Shown here piece after piece: positions 37,623-50,200 of a DNA stretch of 64,000 nucleotides. A program made the translations under genes and the position numbers. A model generated the notes under the pieces. It was not told the DNA's origin and searched no databases. It saw only the letters and a program-made list of their open reading frames with translations. Source of the DNA: Eledone cirrhosa (taxonomy: Eukaryota); assembly GCA_964016885.1 (NCBI GenBank), contig OZ024742.1, positions 213,280,001 through 213,344,000 of the forward strand. The letters run 5' to 3'. How positions within the stretch are numbered: position 1 is the stretch's first letter; every line of letters starts with the position of its first letter.

Positions 37623-40600
37623 ATGGCTATGCTAAGAGTAGGCTGTTTAAATGCGCGTGGCCTGGGCTCAACTTGGAAGCAAGCAATGCTTCTAAATGAC
37701 CTCAGGTCACAACGTATAGATGTGATGGTTATTTGCGAGGCCCGGATCAGCAACGTGCGACAGCTGGCCCCCACCTTTGATGACTTTGAGATGCACGCAT
37801 CTCTCTGTCAGCCCGGAGGTGGGGGTGGAGTTGTCGTTCTGCTGCAAAAACATCTGGGTCTCACAACACAGATGGTACATTTGGACCCGGAGGGTCGACT
37901 AGTGGTTCTGGACCTTGGCAGTGGTAAAGGCGGAGCGTTTAGGTTGGTAGCCGCCTACGGCCCTTTCGGGTCAATGCGGCCGGACTTCTTCCATCGTCTG
38001 GAGACTTTTCTAGGGACGTCCCGCTCCTTGCTATTAGTGGGGGACTGGAATGGTATCCTAGATGCACGCTGGGACTACGTAGGGGCCTGCCCCGATAGAG
38101 AGGGGTGTAATATCCTCAAAGGGTTAATCGGTCGATTTGACCTGGCAGATAGATATCGACTAGATTTTCCGACTGCGCCAACCTGGACTTGGGCAAATCG
38201 TAGCGGATCATCTAGGTCGTACCTAGATAGGTTCTTAGTTAGAATTAAGGATAAGGACTTTTTAAGTTGTCCAAAAATGCGCATGGTTGGCTATTCAGAC
38301 CACAAATTAGTGACCTGCATGGTCAACCTTGACAGAACTCATAGACAGGGCCCCGGTTACTGGAAGCTCAACTTGTCCTTGCCGGCAAGTAGAGCCTACA
38401 GGAATCGGATTAGTACGTTAGTTAAGGAACGGTTGACTGGAGCGATCGTCAACAGCAGGTGGTGGGTATCTCTAAAGAGAGAGATTAGAGTAGTCTCGAT
38501 AGAATTTAGTAAGGCTCTAGCTGCGGATAGGAATAGGAAGGAAAGGGAGCTAATAGATAGAGTAGAAGAGGCAATTAGAAGCGGTGATGTGGCCAGAGTG
38601 CTAGCGTCAAGAACGGCTTTGAGCCAGTTTTTCGACGCGAAGCACGAAGGCTGCGTTGTCCGAAGTAAAATACGTGCTCTAGGGACCAAAGCTGTTAGCT
38701 GGGCCCGCGTGACAGAGGCCAACAGTGGAACTAAATCCACCGTCCGGTCTTTGCGAGACCTGGATGGACGGGCGATTCTTGAGCCTAAGCAGATGTGTGA
38801 GGCATTTCAAAGGCACTTTGCCCGACTGTTCGGGAGGGGCGGGGAGCCGGTTGGGAACGTGGACTTCGGTCCATACCTCGACGGCCTGCCGCGCCTCTCG
38901 GACAGGGAGGCGAAGTCCTGCGAGGAGCCGATTTCGGCCGCTGAGATAGAGGACGTGCTGAGCCAATGCGGCAAACGCAAATCCCCGGGTCTCGATGGTC
39001 TTCCTTACGAATTATATCTAGCTATGCCGGACTTGTTCCCCGATCTCCTCGAGGCGGTCTACTGCAACTGGCAACAGAACGGGAGAATTCCCTGTACTGT
39101 GACCAAGGGCGTAGTCACGCTAGTGAGGAAGGACGAGAACAAGGGGGACGAAATAAGTAACTTCAGGCCCATAACTCTGCTAAATACAGAGTTACAGATT
39201 TTGGCCAAGGTGATAGCAAAGAGGTTGGCGCTTGTCGTGGGCAACCTGGTGGGAGATGCGCAGACATGCGCTATCCCGTCCAGGTCCATCCATGACAACC
39301 TCCACCTCATGCGATACATCATAGAGAGGGTTGGGAACGAACCCGGCTTTGGTGGGGCTCTGATCAACTTGGATCAATCTAAGGCGTTCGATAGGGTCGA
39401 CCATGGTTACCTGGATGCGGTGCTAGCGGCGGCAGGCTTCGGACCCGTTTTCAGGGGCTGGATCACTGCTATGCACAGCAGCCGCATCTGCTCTAGGGTC
39501 AAGGTGAACGGCTACCTCTCGGAGCCGTTCAAAATCGCGCGGTCCATCCGACAAGGGTGCCCTCTCTCCTCCCTTCTGTATGTGTTGACTCTCGAGCCAC
39601 TACTGCGGAAGCTGGAGTTGTTGCAGGGCATCCCGTTGGAACCGGGTTTGCGGAAAGCGGTGTCGGCCTACGCCGATGACGTGACAGTAATGGTGTCGAC
39701 GGCCTCCGAAATCGAGGCGGTCGGCACCTTACTGGAGGAGTACGAAAAGTTCACAGGGGCTAAGCTGAACCGGGACAAGTCGATCGGTTTGCAACTCGGC
39801 ACGTGGAGGGGCAGACCGATGCCCTCCGATGGCGTCGTCGGACGCTGGACGGAGGGCCCGGTGAAGTTGCTCGGGGTCTGGTTCGGACCGGACCTCCAGG
39901 TGGAGAAAAACTGGGCGGAGGTTACGAACAGGGTGTTTGCACTGACCCAGAAGTGGGCCAGTTGCAAACTATCCCTGAAAGATCGGGCGGAGGTGGCGAA
40001 CACCTACATAGCGTCCGTCATCTACTACCGCCTGACCGTAGTGCCCTGCCCAAGGGAAACCCTCACCAGGATGGAGCGCGCGCTCTTCCAATTCCTTTGG
40101 AAGAGGCGGGCTCCTATGGTGAGGAGATCCATCTGCTGTCAACACCCTTCGAAAGGAGGGCTGGGGATGCCGTGGCTAATGATGCGTAAACACGCATTAA
40201 GGCTACGGCACCTCTACGTATTCCTCACCGGACAACCGGTGTGGGCCTCGTTTGTGAGACGAACCTTTCCCAGACTCGTCTCACTCACCGAGCTGCAATC
40301 CTGGGTCAAGCAAAGACCGAGAAAACTGGGCGCCTGGCACACTGAGTGTGCTCAGGCGCTCACCGCCCTCTGGCAGGCGGATCCGGTTATCAGTGGAGAC
40401 TCCACCGCAACATTCTATAGAGGGCTGGTACGCAGCAGGTGCGACGACGCCCTCGGAGAAGCCCTAGACATGGAGGAGGACGAACTGGCCAGCCTGTTCG
40501 GTAGGACATTCAGCCCGGGACCTATGGACAACTTCCAGAAGTCCCTGGCCTGGCAGTGCTACCGAGGGGCTTTACCCGTTCGAGAAAGGCTCTACAGACA

Positions 40601-41051
40601 CGGGCGCCCGGGTAGGGACCCCGCCAAAAAGATCTGTCCCAGATGCGTGTGCGACGAGGAAACCGTTGCACACGCATTGGTACACTGCTCGGGCGTAGCC
40701 GATCTGTGGGGCTATGTCGAACAACTGCTGTCAAGGGTGGGACCGATCCGGTTGACCACCGAGTCTATTGTAATGATCAAGCCGCCTCCCCCCTTCAAAG
40801 ATGAAGCAGAGGCGGTGTTTCTGTGCGTAATAGCCATGGCGAAAGAGGTTGTATGGTGGACGCGTCTGAAAGGACTGAGGTCAGGCACCTTTCTCTCTGG
40901 CCAACAACTGGTCCGTTTCTTCCGATATCATTTCGGAAGAAGGATCAGGATGGAGAGAGAGGTGCTGCACCCCAGCCGTTTCTATGAAAGATGGGTGAAA
41001 GTGGTGAGAATGGCCTGTGTGAATGGGCCTTCACTCTACATCAGACCATAG
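37623..41051 (+). CDS. ORF2: APE endonuclease + reverse transcriptase + C-terminal zinc finger, uninterrupted
   Basis: LNARGL, ICEAR, VGDWN, YLDRF, YSDHK; KSPGLDG, FRPITLLN, LDQSKAFDRV, QGCPLS, YADD, LLGV; CPRC..ETVAHALVHC. ATG context CCAACATGG. Confidence 0.95.
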   Translation: MAMLRVGCLNARGLGSTWKQAMLLNDLRSQRIDVMVICEARISNVRQLAPTFDDFEMHASLCQPGGGGGVVVLLQKHLGLTTQMVHLDPEGRLVVLDLGSGKGGAFRLVAAYGPFGSMRPDFFHRLETFLGTSRSLLLVGDWNGILDARWDYVGACPDREGCNILKGLIGRFDLADRYRLDFPTAPTWTWANRSGSSRSYLDRFLVRIKDKDFLSCPKMRMVGYSDHKLVTCMVNLDRTHRQGPGYWKLNLSLPASRAYRNRISTLVKERLTGAIVNSRWWVSLKREIRVVSIEFSKALAADRNRKERELIDRVEEAIRSGDVARVLASRTALSQFFDAKHEGCVVRSKIRALGTKAVSWARVTEANSGTKSTVRSLRDLDGRAILEPKQMCEAFQRHFARLFGRGGEPVGNVDFGPYLDGLPRLSDREAKSCEEPISAAEIEDVLSQCGKRKSPGLDGLPYELYLAMPDLFPDLLEAVYCNWQQNGRIPCTVTKGVVTLVRKDENKGDEISNFRPITLLNTELQILAKVIAKRLALVVGNLVGDAQTCAIPSRSIHDNLHLMRYIIERVGNEPGFGGALINLDQSKAFDRVDHGYLDAVLAAAGFGPVFRGWITAMHSSRICSRVKVNGYLSEPFKIARSIRQGCPLSSLLYVLTLEPLLRKLELLQGIPLEPGLRKAVSAYADDVTVMVSTASEIEAVGTLLEEYEKFTGAKLNRDKSIGLQLGTWRGRPMPSDGVVGRWTEGPVKLLGVWFGPDLQVEKNWAEVTNRVFALTQKWASCKLSLKDRAEVANTYIASVIYYRLTVVPCPRETLTRMERALFQFLWKRRAPMVRRSICCQHPSKGGLGMPWLMMRKHALRLRHLYVFLTGQPVWASFVRRTFPRLVSLTELQSWVKQRPRKLGAWHTECAQALTALWQADPVISGDSTATFYRGLVRSRCDDALGEALDMEEDELASLFGRTFSPGPMDNFQKSLAWQCYRGALPVRERLYRHGRPGRDPAKKICPRCVCDEETVAHALVHCSGVADLWGYVEQLLSRVGPIRLTTESIVMIKPPPPFKDEAEAVFLCVIAMAKEVVWWTRLKGLRSGTFLSGQQLVRFFRYHFGRRIRMEREVLHPSRFYERWVKVVRMACVNGPSLYIRP

Positions 41052-41314
41052 GTGAGGAAGATGAAAGACCAAGGGAGCACCCCTTCTCTGTGCTCCTGAG
41101 GAGAAGGGTTGCACACTTTTTTCGGGGGTGTGTGCGACCCCCCAAGGCGCCTCCTCTCTATTGAGGATTTTGTTATCAATTTTATTTTTGTTATATCTTA
41201 TTTTATTTTTATATTTTGTTATTGCCTCCTCCTTATTGAGGACGCCTTTTTGTGTAAACTCTCCCCTTTGTACTTGTCCCACTTTTGATGCCCTAGTGGC
41301 AAATAAAAGAAACA

Positions 41315-41483
<169 letters not shown>

Positions 41484-41490
41484 CTTTATC

Positions 41491-44400
41491 TGCTTGACGC
41501 GTGGAACATCGCCGGTAAGATTTTTGTTAATTTCTATGCAAAAAAACCGTACTAATTGTTTGAAAAAACATAACACTTTGTAGATTAACCCCCAAGCTGA
41601 ATTGTCAGCTGGGTGGTAATCACATTTTTGCGCCTTTAGGGGGGCGAATTTAATTTAAAAATCGTTTTAGAATATCAAATTTTGCCAATTATAAAACATG
41701 AATAGCTCGGAAAGAACGCTAGAGAACATCGAGAGATAGAAGAGAGGTAGAGAGGCAGATATTGGACGTCGCCATAGATACGACTGTCAACAAAGAGAAA
41801 AAAATATTACCACTTGAAGATTTTAAAATTTCTACCGTCGAAGCGGAGAAAATAACAATAACACACAGGAAAACACAAGAATTAAACCTATTAACATACA
41901 TACACATGAAAAAGACAACATCAACAACTCCACAGATACATCTACACATAAAGTTTCACCTCGTCAAGGAATTGAGATTTCCAACACCGAGGCTAACAAC
42001 GATAACAACAACAACAACAGCAACTCCACACACACAAAAAAAAAATATCTTTCACTGAAACTGAACAAAAAACAAGATTTTATAAATCTTGACATCTCCA
42101 ATGCAAGAGATATGCTCCAGCAAGAGAGAAAATTTGTAACTTTCAAAGACAAGGGTGGATTTAGAATTAACTCACCCCTCGAAATAAAAGAAGAGACAGT
42201 TCGAAGGACAGTGACCTTTAGGACTGTCTCCAACAAAACGAGAAAGCTGATATTTGTTAGTCAAGCAGATATAGAAGCCACCTTCAAGGAGATTCTAGCA
42301 AATATTGACTTTCTCCAACGAGGAAAACAGTACGGAAGAGTTTCCGTACTGTTTAAAAGCGAGGCATTCGTCTAAAAACATTCTGAAACACCAATGATGT
42401 CAAAAGCATTCACCTTTTTCCCTAAGTACATGGGAAAAAGGACACACTAAAAAAAAATATATACGAACCAACATTAACATCTGGTGGATCTTGGCTGGCT
42501 TCGTAGAGCCAGAAACTGATATGATTCTTTCGATACGAAAGTCTATTAGACAAAGGTGGGTGGGTACTGATTTGGAGATTCTGTTGCAAATGAGGCCGGA
42601 GATAATCTCCAAAAAACCTGAAAGAGTCGTCATCGACGACAACAATCAAATAAACATTACGGTGGAGGGTCGAAAACTTCATTGCTTTCGCTGTGGTAGC
42701 ACAGCACACCTAAAGGCCTCCTGTCCTTCACAAACACTCCACAACATCATTAAAAAGCACTATTACCAACACCAACATCAGAACAACCACCACCACAAGT
42801 ACAACAACAGACGAAACCAGCAAACACACCAAAACAAACAGCCACTCAACCAACAACAACAGAAAAAACACAGACAACACCCCTGAAAAACACAGCCCCA
42901 TCCCATCCCACTCCATCAAACACTACCACAAACACACACACCGAAACACCACCACCACACAACATATCCCTATCCCACACTCCTGACGATGATTATTCAA
43001 CGACAGATGAGGTTGCTTCTCCTTCTTTAAGTGAAGAAGAAGGAGAGCATCGGAAATCTAAAAAACAAAAAAAAGAGACACCACAAACCTCCAAAACTCC
43101 AATCACCAACACACAACCACAGACACAAATAACAACACAAACAACAACACAGTCAAACATCCCTCTACCAGCAAAACCAACACCAACACCACCCTAAATA
43201 CAAGCACCCACCATAAAAAGAAAACTCCCGGACGAACAACAAACTAAAACAATACAACAAAAACCCAAACAACAATACGCATACATCAATACAAACAACA
43301 AGAGTTTGATGGAGATCATCTCCCAAAACCCCAAGGTGGAGACGGTGGGCAAAACTTTCGTCAAAGCAGAATCGTCTCCACAGCTAAAACTATAAGGGTT
43401 TCGATAGAAACCTATCAGAAATTGAAAAAAAACAGTTTTCGCAGGATGCTGGCAACCCCTGTCAAAAACCTATTAACCGCGTCCTATTAAAATGTTTCCC
43501 CACCCCACCCAACATCCCCACCAGAACTGAAATGGAGATTGAACAACCCGATCTCCAGGAAACGAAAAGGTAAGTGCAACTTTTCGTCCTTTGCGCCAAC
43601 TCTTCTCCACCAACATGGCTAGTTTACGAGTTGGAAGCGTGAATGTGCGTGGCCTAGGAATGCCCTGGAAACAGGGCCAACTTTTAAACGACCTTAGGTC
43701 ACACGGTATGGATGTGATATCCACCACCGAGTCCAGCATCCATAACAGGCAGCAACTAAATCTCATCTTCGACGACTTTGAGATCTACGCATCTCTCTGT
43801 CAGCCACGAGGTGGAGGGGGAGTGGCTGCCATGTTTCGGAAGAACCTGGACGTCGAAGTACAGCAAGTACACTTGGACCTAAAGGGTAGACTGGTAGTCC
43901 TAGACGTGAACAGTATTGGAGGTGGAGCCTTCAGACTGGTGGCCGTTTATGCCCCGACCGGGCAATCGCAATCACGGCCAGACTTCTATAAGCGCCTAGA
44001 GTCTTTTCTGGGAACATCACGCTACTTACTTTTAGTCGGGGACTGGAATGGTATCCTAGATGCACGATGGGACTATGTGGGAGCATGTCCCAGTAGAAGG
44101 GGTGCAACAGCCTCAAAACTTTAATCGGCCAATTCCAACTGGCCGATAGGTATCGACTGGATTTCCCGACTGCACCACAGTGGACGTAGGCAAACCGCAG
44201 CGGGACATCTACATCGTATTTAGATAGGTTCTTCTTTAGAGAAAGGGACAAGGATATGTTAAGCTGTCCACGAATGCACATGGTTGCCTACTCAGATCAC
44301 AAATTAGTCGTTTGCTTGGTCAACCGTGATAGAATACATAGACAGGGACCCGGATACTGGAAGCTGAACGTGTCGTTGCCGGCACGTAAAGCTTACAGTG

Positions 44401-47187
44401 AACGGATAAGTAGACTAGTCACGCAACAGTTAACTGGAGCCACCGTCAACAATAGATGGTGGTACTCTCTCAAGAAAGCAATTAGAGTAGAATCGATAGA
44501 GTTTAGCAGAGAGTTAGCCTTAGAGAAAAACAAAATTGAAAGAGAACTAGTAGCCAAAGTATAGGAGGCACTTAGAAGTGGCAACGCAGCTAGAGTGTTA
44601 GCGTCGAGAACGGCACTGGACCAGTTCTTCGATGCGAAACACGAAGGCTGCGTGGTCAGAAGCAAAACACGTGCTCTAGGAAACGAAGGAGCGAAAGCTG
44701 TCAGCTGCGCCGGAGTGGCGGAGGCAAAAAGTGGCAACAAGTCCACGATTCTGTCTTCGAATGACCCAAACGGACGCATCTCTCGACCGCCAAAGCAAAT
44801 GTGCACAGCCTTTCAGCAGCACTTTGCACGACTGTTTGAGCAGAACGACGGTGAGCCGAACGGGGTAATGGACTTTAGTTCATACCTCGATGGCCTGCCG
44901 CGTCTCTCGAACACGGATGCCGAGTTCCGTGAAAGACCAATCACGGACACTGAGATACGGGACGCTCTGGGCCGCTGCGGGAAACGCAAGTTACCAGATC
45001 TAGATGGTCTATCCTATGAGTTTTACATAGGTATGCCGGACTTGTTCTCTGGCGTCCTCGAAGCCGTCTACTGCAATTGGCAGCAGAACCGGAGAATTCC
45101 AAGTACTGCAGGCAAGGGCGTATTAACGCTGATCAGGAAAGAAGAGAACAAGGGAGACGAAATTAACAACTTCAAGCCCATAACTCTGCTCAACACAGAG
45201 TTAAAGATTGTGGCCAAGGTGCTAGCGACGAAGTTGGCGCTTGTCTACGAGAACTTGGTAAGGAAAACGCAGTGTGCAATCCCGACCAGGTCCATACACG
45301 ACAACCTCCACCTCATGCGATACATCATAGAGAGGGTGGGTAGTAAACCCGGCTCCGGGTTTCGGTCCCGTTTTCAGAGGCTGGATCAAGGCGATGCACA
45401 CCAGCATCTGCTCGAGGGTCAAGGTGAACGGCTACCTATCGGAGCCGTTCGCAATCACGCGTTCCATTCGACAGGGGTGCCCTCACTCCTCCATTCTGTA
45501 TGTATTGACTCTAGAACCACTACTGCGGAAATTGGAGCAGTTGCAGGGCATCCCTCTAGAACCGGGACTAAGCAAAGCGGCGTCGCCTTATGCCGACGAC
45601 GTGACGGTAATGGTGTCGAGCACCTCGGAAATCGGGGTGATCGGCAATTTACTGAAAGAATACGAAACGCTGACGGGAGCAAAACTAAACCCGGAGAAGT
45701 CTGTCGTTTTGCAACTCGGTACGTGGAGAGGCAAACCGATGATGTCCGACAGCGTCGTTGGACGCTGGACGGACAGACCGGTGAAATTGCTCGGGGTCTG
45801 GTTCGGTCCAGAAAAACTGGAAAGAGGTCACGGCCAAGGTGTTTGCACTCACCCAGAAGTGGGCAGAGTGCAAACTGTCCTTGAAAGGTCGAGCGGAGGT
45901 GGCGAACACTTTCATAGCGTCCGTCATCTACTACCGCTTGACTGTCGTGCCTTGTCCCCGTGAATACCTCGCCAAGATGGAATGCATGCTCTTCCAGTTT
46001 CTGTGGAAGAAGCAGGCTCCGCTGGTGAGGAGATCCGTCTGCTGTCAGTACCCTTCCAACGGAGGGCTGGAATTGCCGTGGGTGATGATGCGCAAACATG
46101 CGCTGAGGCCGCGGTATTTCCAGGTATTTCTCACCGACCCCCAACCGGTGTGGGAACCGTTTGTGAGAATGGCTTTCCCACAGCTCGTCCCGCTGACGGA
46201 GCTGTAGTCCTGGGTCAAGAAAAAACCGAAAACGATGGGCGCCTGGAACATTGTATGCGCTCAGGCGCTCACAGTTCTCTGTCAAGCGGGCGCAGCAATC
46301 AGTGGAGACTCCACTTCGACATTCTATAGAGGGATTGTACGTTACAAGGGCGACGACGTGCTCGGAGAGACGCTGGGCGTCGAAGACGATGAGCTCACCA
46401 GTCTGTTTGGTAGGACTTTCCTCCCGGGACCTATGGACAGCTTCTAGAGGTCCCTGGCCCGGCAGTGCTACCGAGGAGCTCTACCGGTTTGTGACAAGAT
46501 CTACAGACACGGACAGGGATCCTTCCAAGAGGACGTGTCTAAGATGCACGCAGGACATTGAAACTGTCCTACACTCTATTGTACACTGCCCGAGCGTAAC
46601 CGACCTGTGGAACTATGCAGAACAACTGCTGTCGCGTATGGAATAAATTCAGTTGACTGCCGAGTCCATAGTAAGGATCAAACCGCCAGCCTCTTTCAAA
46701 AACGAAAGAGAGACGGTTTTCCTCTGTACAGTGGCTATGGTGAAAGAAGTTATATGGTGGTCGAGATTGAGAGGACTGAGGACAGATGCCTTTCTCTCCG
46801 GACAACAATTGATTCCCTTCTTTAAGTATCACTTTAGAAGGAGAATCAGAGTGGAGAGAGACGCACTGCACCCCAGTAAATTTACTGAAAGGTGGGTGAA
46901 TGAAGCGAAAATGGCCCGAGTGATTGGGCCTTCTCTGTTTATAAGCCTGTAGGTTAAAGAAGAGAGCAAAAGGAAGAAGGGAGCACTTGCACAAGACGCT
47001 CCTGGAGTTGAGGGTTGTTCTATCGACGGGGTATTAAACAACCCATTTGTGGCGCCTCCCCCCTATTGGGGATTTCGATTGTTGCAATTGTTTGTTTTAT
47101 ATTTTTTACACGACTGTATGTAAAATTCCCGGCATGTCTTTGTATTGCCCCCCCCTTTTCTTGTGCGCATTTGTGGCAAATAATGAA
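41491..47187 (+). mobile_element. Tx1/L1-clade LINE, unit 5 (subfamily A), apparently full length, decayed
   Basis: 5'UTR similar to unit 3; ORF1 remnants 41698-43573 (CFRCGSTAHLKASC); ORF2 remnants 43615-46952. Confidence 0.92.
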
Positions 47188-47271
<84 letters not shown>

Positions 47272-47272
47272 C

Positions 47273-50200
47273 TCTGGGATGGACACATGCGTGAAACTTG
47301 TTGGGTAAGTTCTGCTTAAATTTCTATAGAAATTCTTGACTGTGAACCTTATTTTTCATACCAACTTGTAGAGGGACTGCCAGGTCAAATTTTGATCTGG
47401 TCAGTTTCTCAAAATATTCTACGCCTTTAGGCGAAATAGTTCATAAAAAATATTTTGGGTAAAATTAACGTTTTTAAAAATAGAATGGCTGAAGCAATAA
47501 CAGCTTTCTTCACCAACATTCGAAGGAGGAAAGGGGAAGATATGCTTACAGACTCCCCCTTCCATTGTCATAGTAGCAGATGTCTCAGACAAAGGTCAGC
47601 CAGAGGAAGAATTTTGTCCACCTGCTAACCAACAACTTGACGTTGCCATGGCAACAAACCCAAACCAAAAGTGTGAAACAATGAACAAAAACAACACAAC
47701 CAGCGGCACCAGCAACAACAACAACAACAACAACAACAACAGCAACTATGATGAAAACAACACCAACACAAACAACAGCAACAATGACGACAACAACACC
47801 AACAAGAACAACACCCCCAAAAAAAGAAACAATTTCGTTCGCACAAACTGTCCAAAAGACAGAACTATATACACAGATTGACATCACTAAAGCCGGAGAA
47901 TTGCTAAGAGATGCCAAGCAATACATAACTTTTGGAGAGAATGGCGCTTTTAGCATCACTTCTCCCCAAGAATTGCGTAGAGAAACTGTCCTGAAAACTA
48001 TAGTTTTCAGGACGATCTCAAATACCACCAGAAAACCAGCTCAATTAACTCAAAATGAAACTGAGCTGGTTCTAAGAAACTCCATGAAGGATATTACCTT
48101 CATACAGAAGGGAAAACTCTTCGGGAGTTTATCGGTAATAATGAAAGACCACTTGACGGCACAGAAATATTCTGTGTCGCCAATTGTGTCCCCCTCTACA
48201 CATTTCCCCCCACATATGGGAAAAAGGATCCCCCAAAATAAGGGTAACGAGTATCACACCAAATGTAAATATCTAGTGGATATTTAGTGGCTTTATCAAC
48301 TTTGATGAAGACACAATAATTTCGGTAGGAAAGTCCTCCAGGATTTTATTTAACGGTATTAACTTAGAAGTTCTGGTCCAAATGAGGCCAGAACGAATAG
48401 TTAGAGCCCCACAACGTGTGCCTCTGGATGGAGCTTCCTACATAAACATTTCTGTTGAGGGTAGGCGGCCTTCATCATGTTACCGCTGTTTAAGCAGTGG
48501 TCATCTGAGGGCTTCCTGTGCTCAATTAACTGCGAAAAAAAAGGTACTACTGCCGACACCCAACACAACACAACCACCACCACCACCACAACAACAACAC
48601 ACACAAATAACCAAAACAAACCAAACCGCAAACACAATCCCACCCAAACCCTCCCCACCTAAAACAACTCCAAAAACACCCACAAGCACAACATCTCTCC
48701 AAAACGTACTCCTCCCCAATCACACAGACACCACAACGGACGAGGCTCCCCTCATCATCACTCAGTGATTATGAGGGAGAACCCCTCCGCTCCAAAAGGA
48801 AAAAAAAAGACATAACACGAACAAAAAGGCAACAAACACACAACCACCAACACAAACAACACAAACATTACAAACAAAAATCCCCCCTCCTGAAAACAAA
48901 ACAACGACAACACTTCAAACACAAACACTTACAACAAAACGAAAACACACACAAGAACAACAGACAAAAACCAACACAACACTACAAGAACATTACACAT
49001 ACATAAACAGTGAAAACAAAACCTTGATGGAGGTCATCTCCAACGACACTTTGGTGAAAACCGAAGGGAAAACTTTTTGCGAACTGTGTAGACAGACCCA
49101 ATTTAAAGATGATTAGGGTCTCTACGGACACCTATAAGTCTTTAAAGAAAAACTTTCCTAAGGACATGGGTAATCCTTGCGTCAAACCCATTAACCACGT
49201 CCTTTTAAAATGTTTCCCCACCCCCACCCCAGACACCCCCATCCCACCAGACACCCTCTCCCCACCAAATATCTCCGTCCCATCTCCGCCAGAAACCACC
49301 CCCACCAAACAACCCCTCCAACACCCCCATGGAAATTGTGCAGCCTGGTCCCCAGGAGACGAAGAGGTGAGTGATTTCTTTTCCTCTTCTTTTAACTTTT
49401 CAGCACCAACATGGCCAATATAAGAGTTTGATGTGTTAAAGTACGCGGCCTGGGGATGACCTGGAAACAGGGAAAACTCTTAAACGACCTACGGTCGCAC
49501 AGTATGGATGTAGTAGGCATTTGCGAGTCCAGGATCCACAGCCAGCGACAAATGGCCCCCATCTTCGGCGACTTTGAGATCTATGCATCTCTCTGTCAGC
49601 CGGGAGGTGGGGGCGGGGTTGCCGTTTTGCTGCGGAAACACCTGGACCTCGTAACACAGACGGTACATCTGGACCCGGAGGGTCGACTGGTGGTCCTAAA
49701 CGATGACGGTAGTGAATGTGGAGCCTTCAGGCTGGTGGCCACATATGCCCTATCCGGGACACCGCGGCCAGACTTCTTCAAACGTCTAGAGACTTCTCTG
49801 GGAACGTCCCGCTCCCTGCTGTTAGTGGGGGACTGGAATGGAATCCTAAATGCACGTTGGTACTATGTGGGAGCATGTCCCTATAGATGGGGGGGGGGGG
49901 GGTAACAGCCTCAAACAGTTAATCGGCCGATTTCAACTGGCCGATAGATATCGACTAGATTTTCAAACTGTGCCACTGTGGATGTGGACCAACCACAGCA
50001 GAACATCTAGATCGTACCTAGATAGGTTCCTAGTTAGAGTTAGTGATAGGGGCATGTTAAGCTGTCCACAAATGTTCATGGTTGCCTATTCAGATCACAA
50101 ACTAGTGACCTGCTTATTCAACCTTGACAGAACCCATAGACAGGGACCCGGCGACTGGAAGCTGAACTTATCGTTACCGACATGTAAAGCCTACAGTAGA

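Larger units (their letters stand above)
36176..41314 (+). mobile_element. Tx1/L1-clade LINE, unit 4 (young subfamily B), 5'-truncated in ORF1, both ORFs otherwise open
   Basis: Open ORF1 remainder and ORF2; AATAAA 41302 then ~155 bp of TATC. Confidence 0.96.

Noticed and set aside
23280-41314. A+B / A+B arrangement as a segmental duplication
   Set aside because: Units 1 and 3 are clearly diverged with different lesions while units 2 and 4 are near-identical with different 5' ends, which fits independent insertions.
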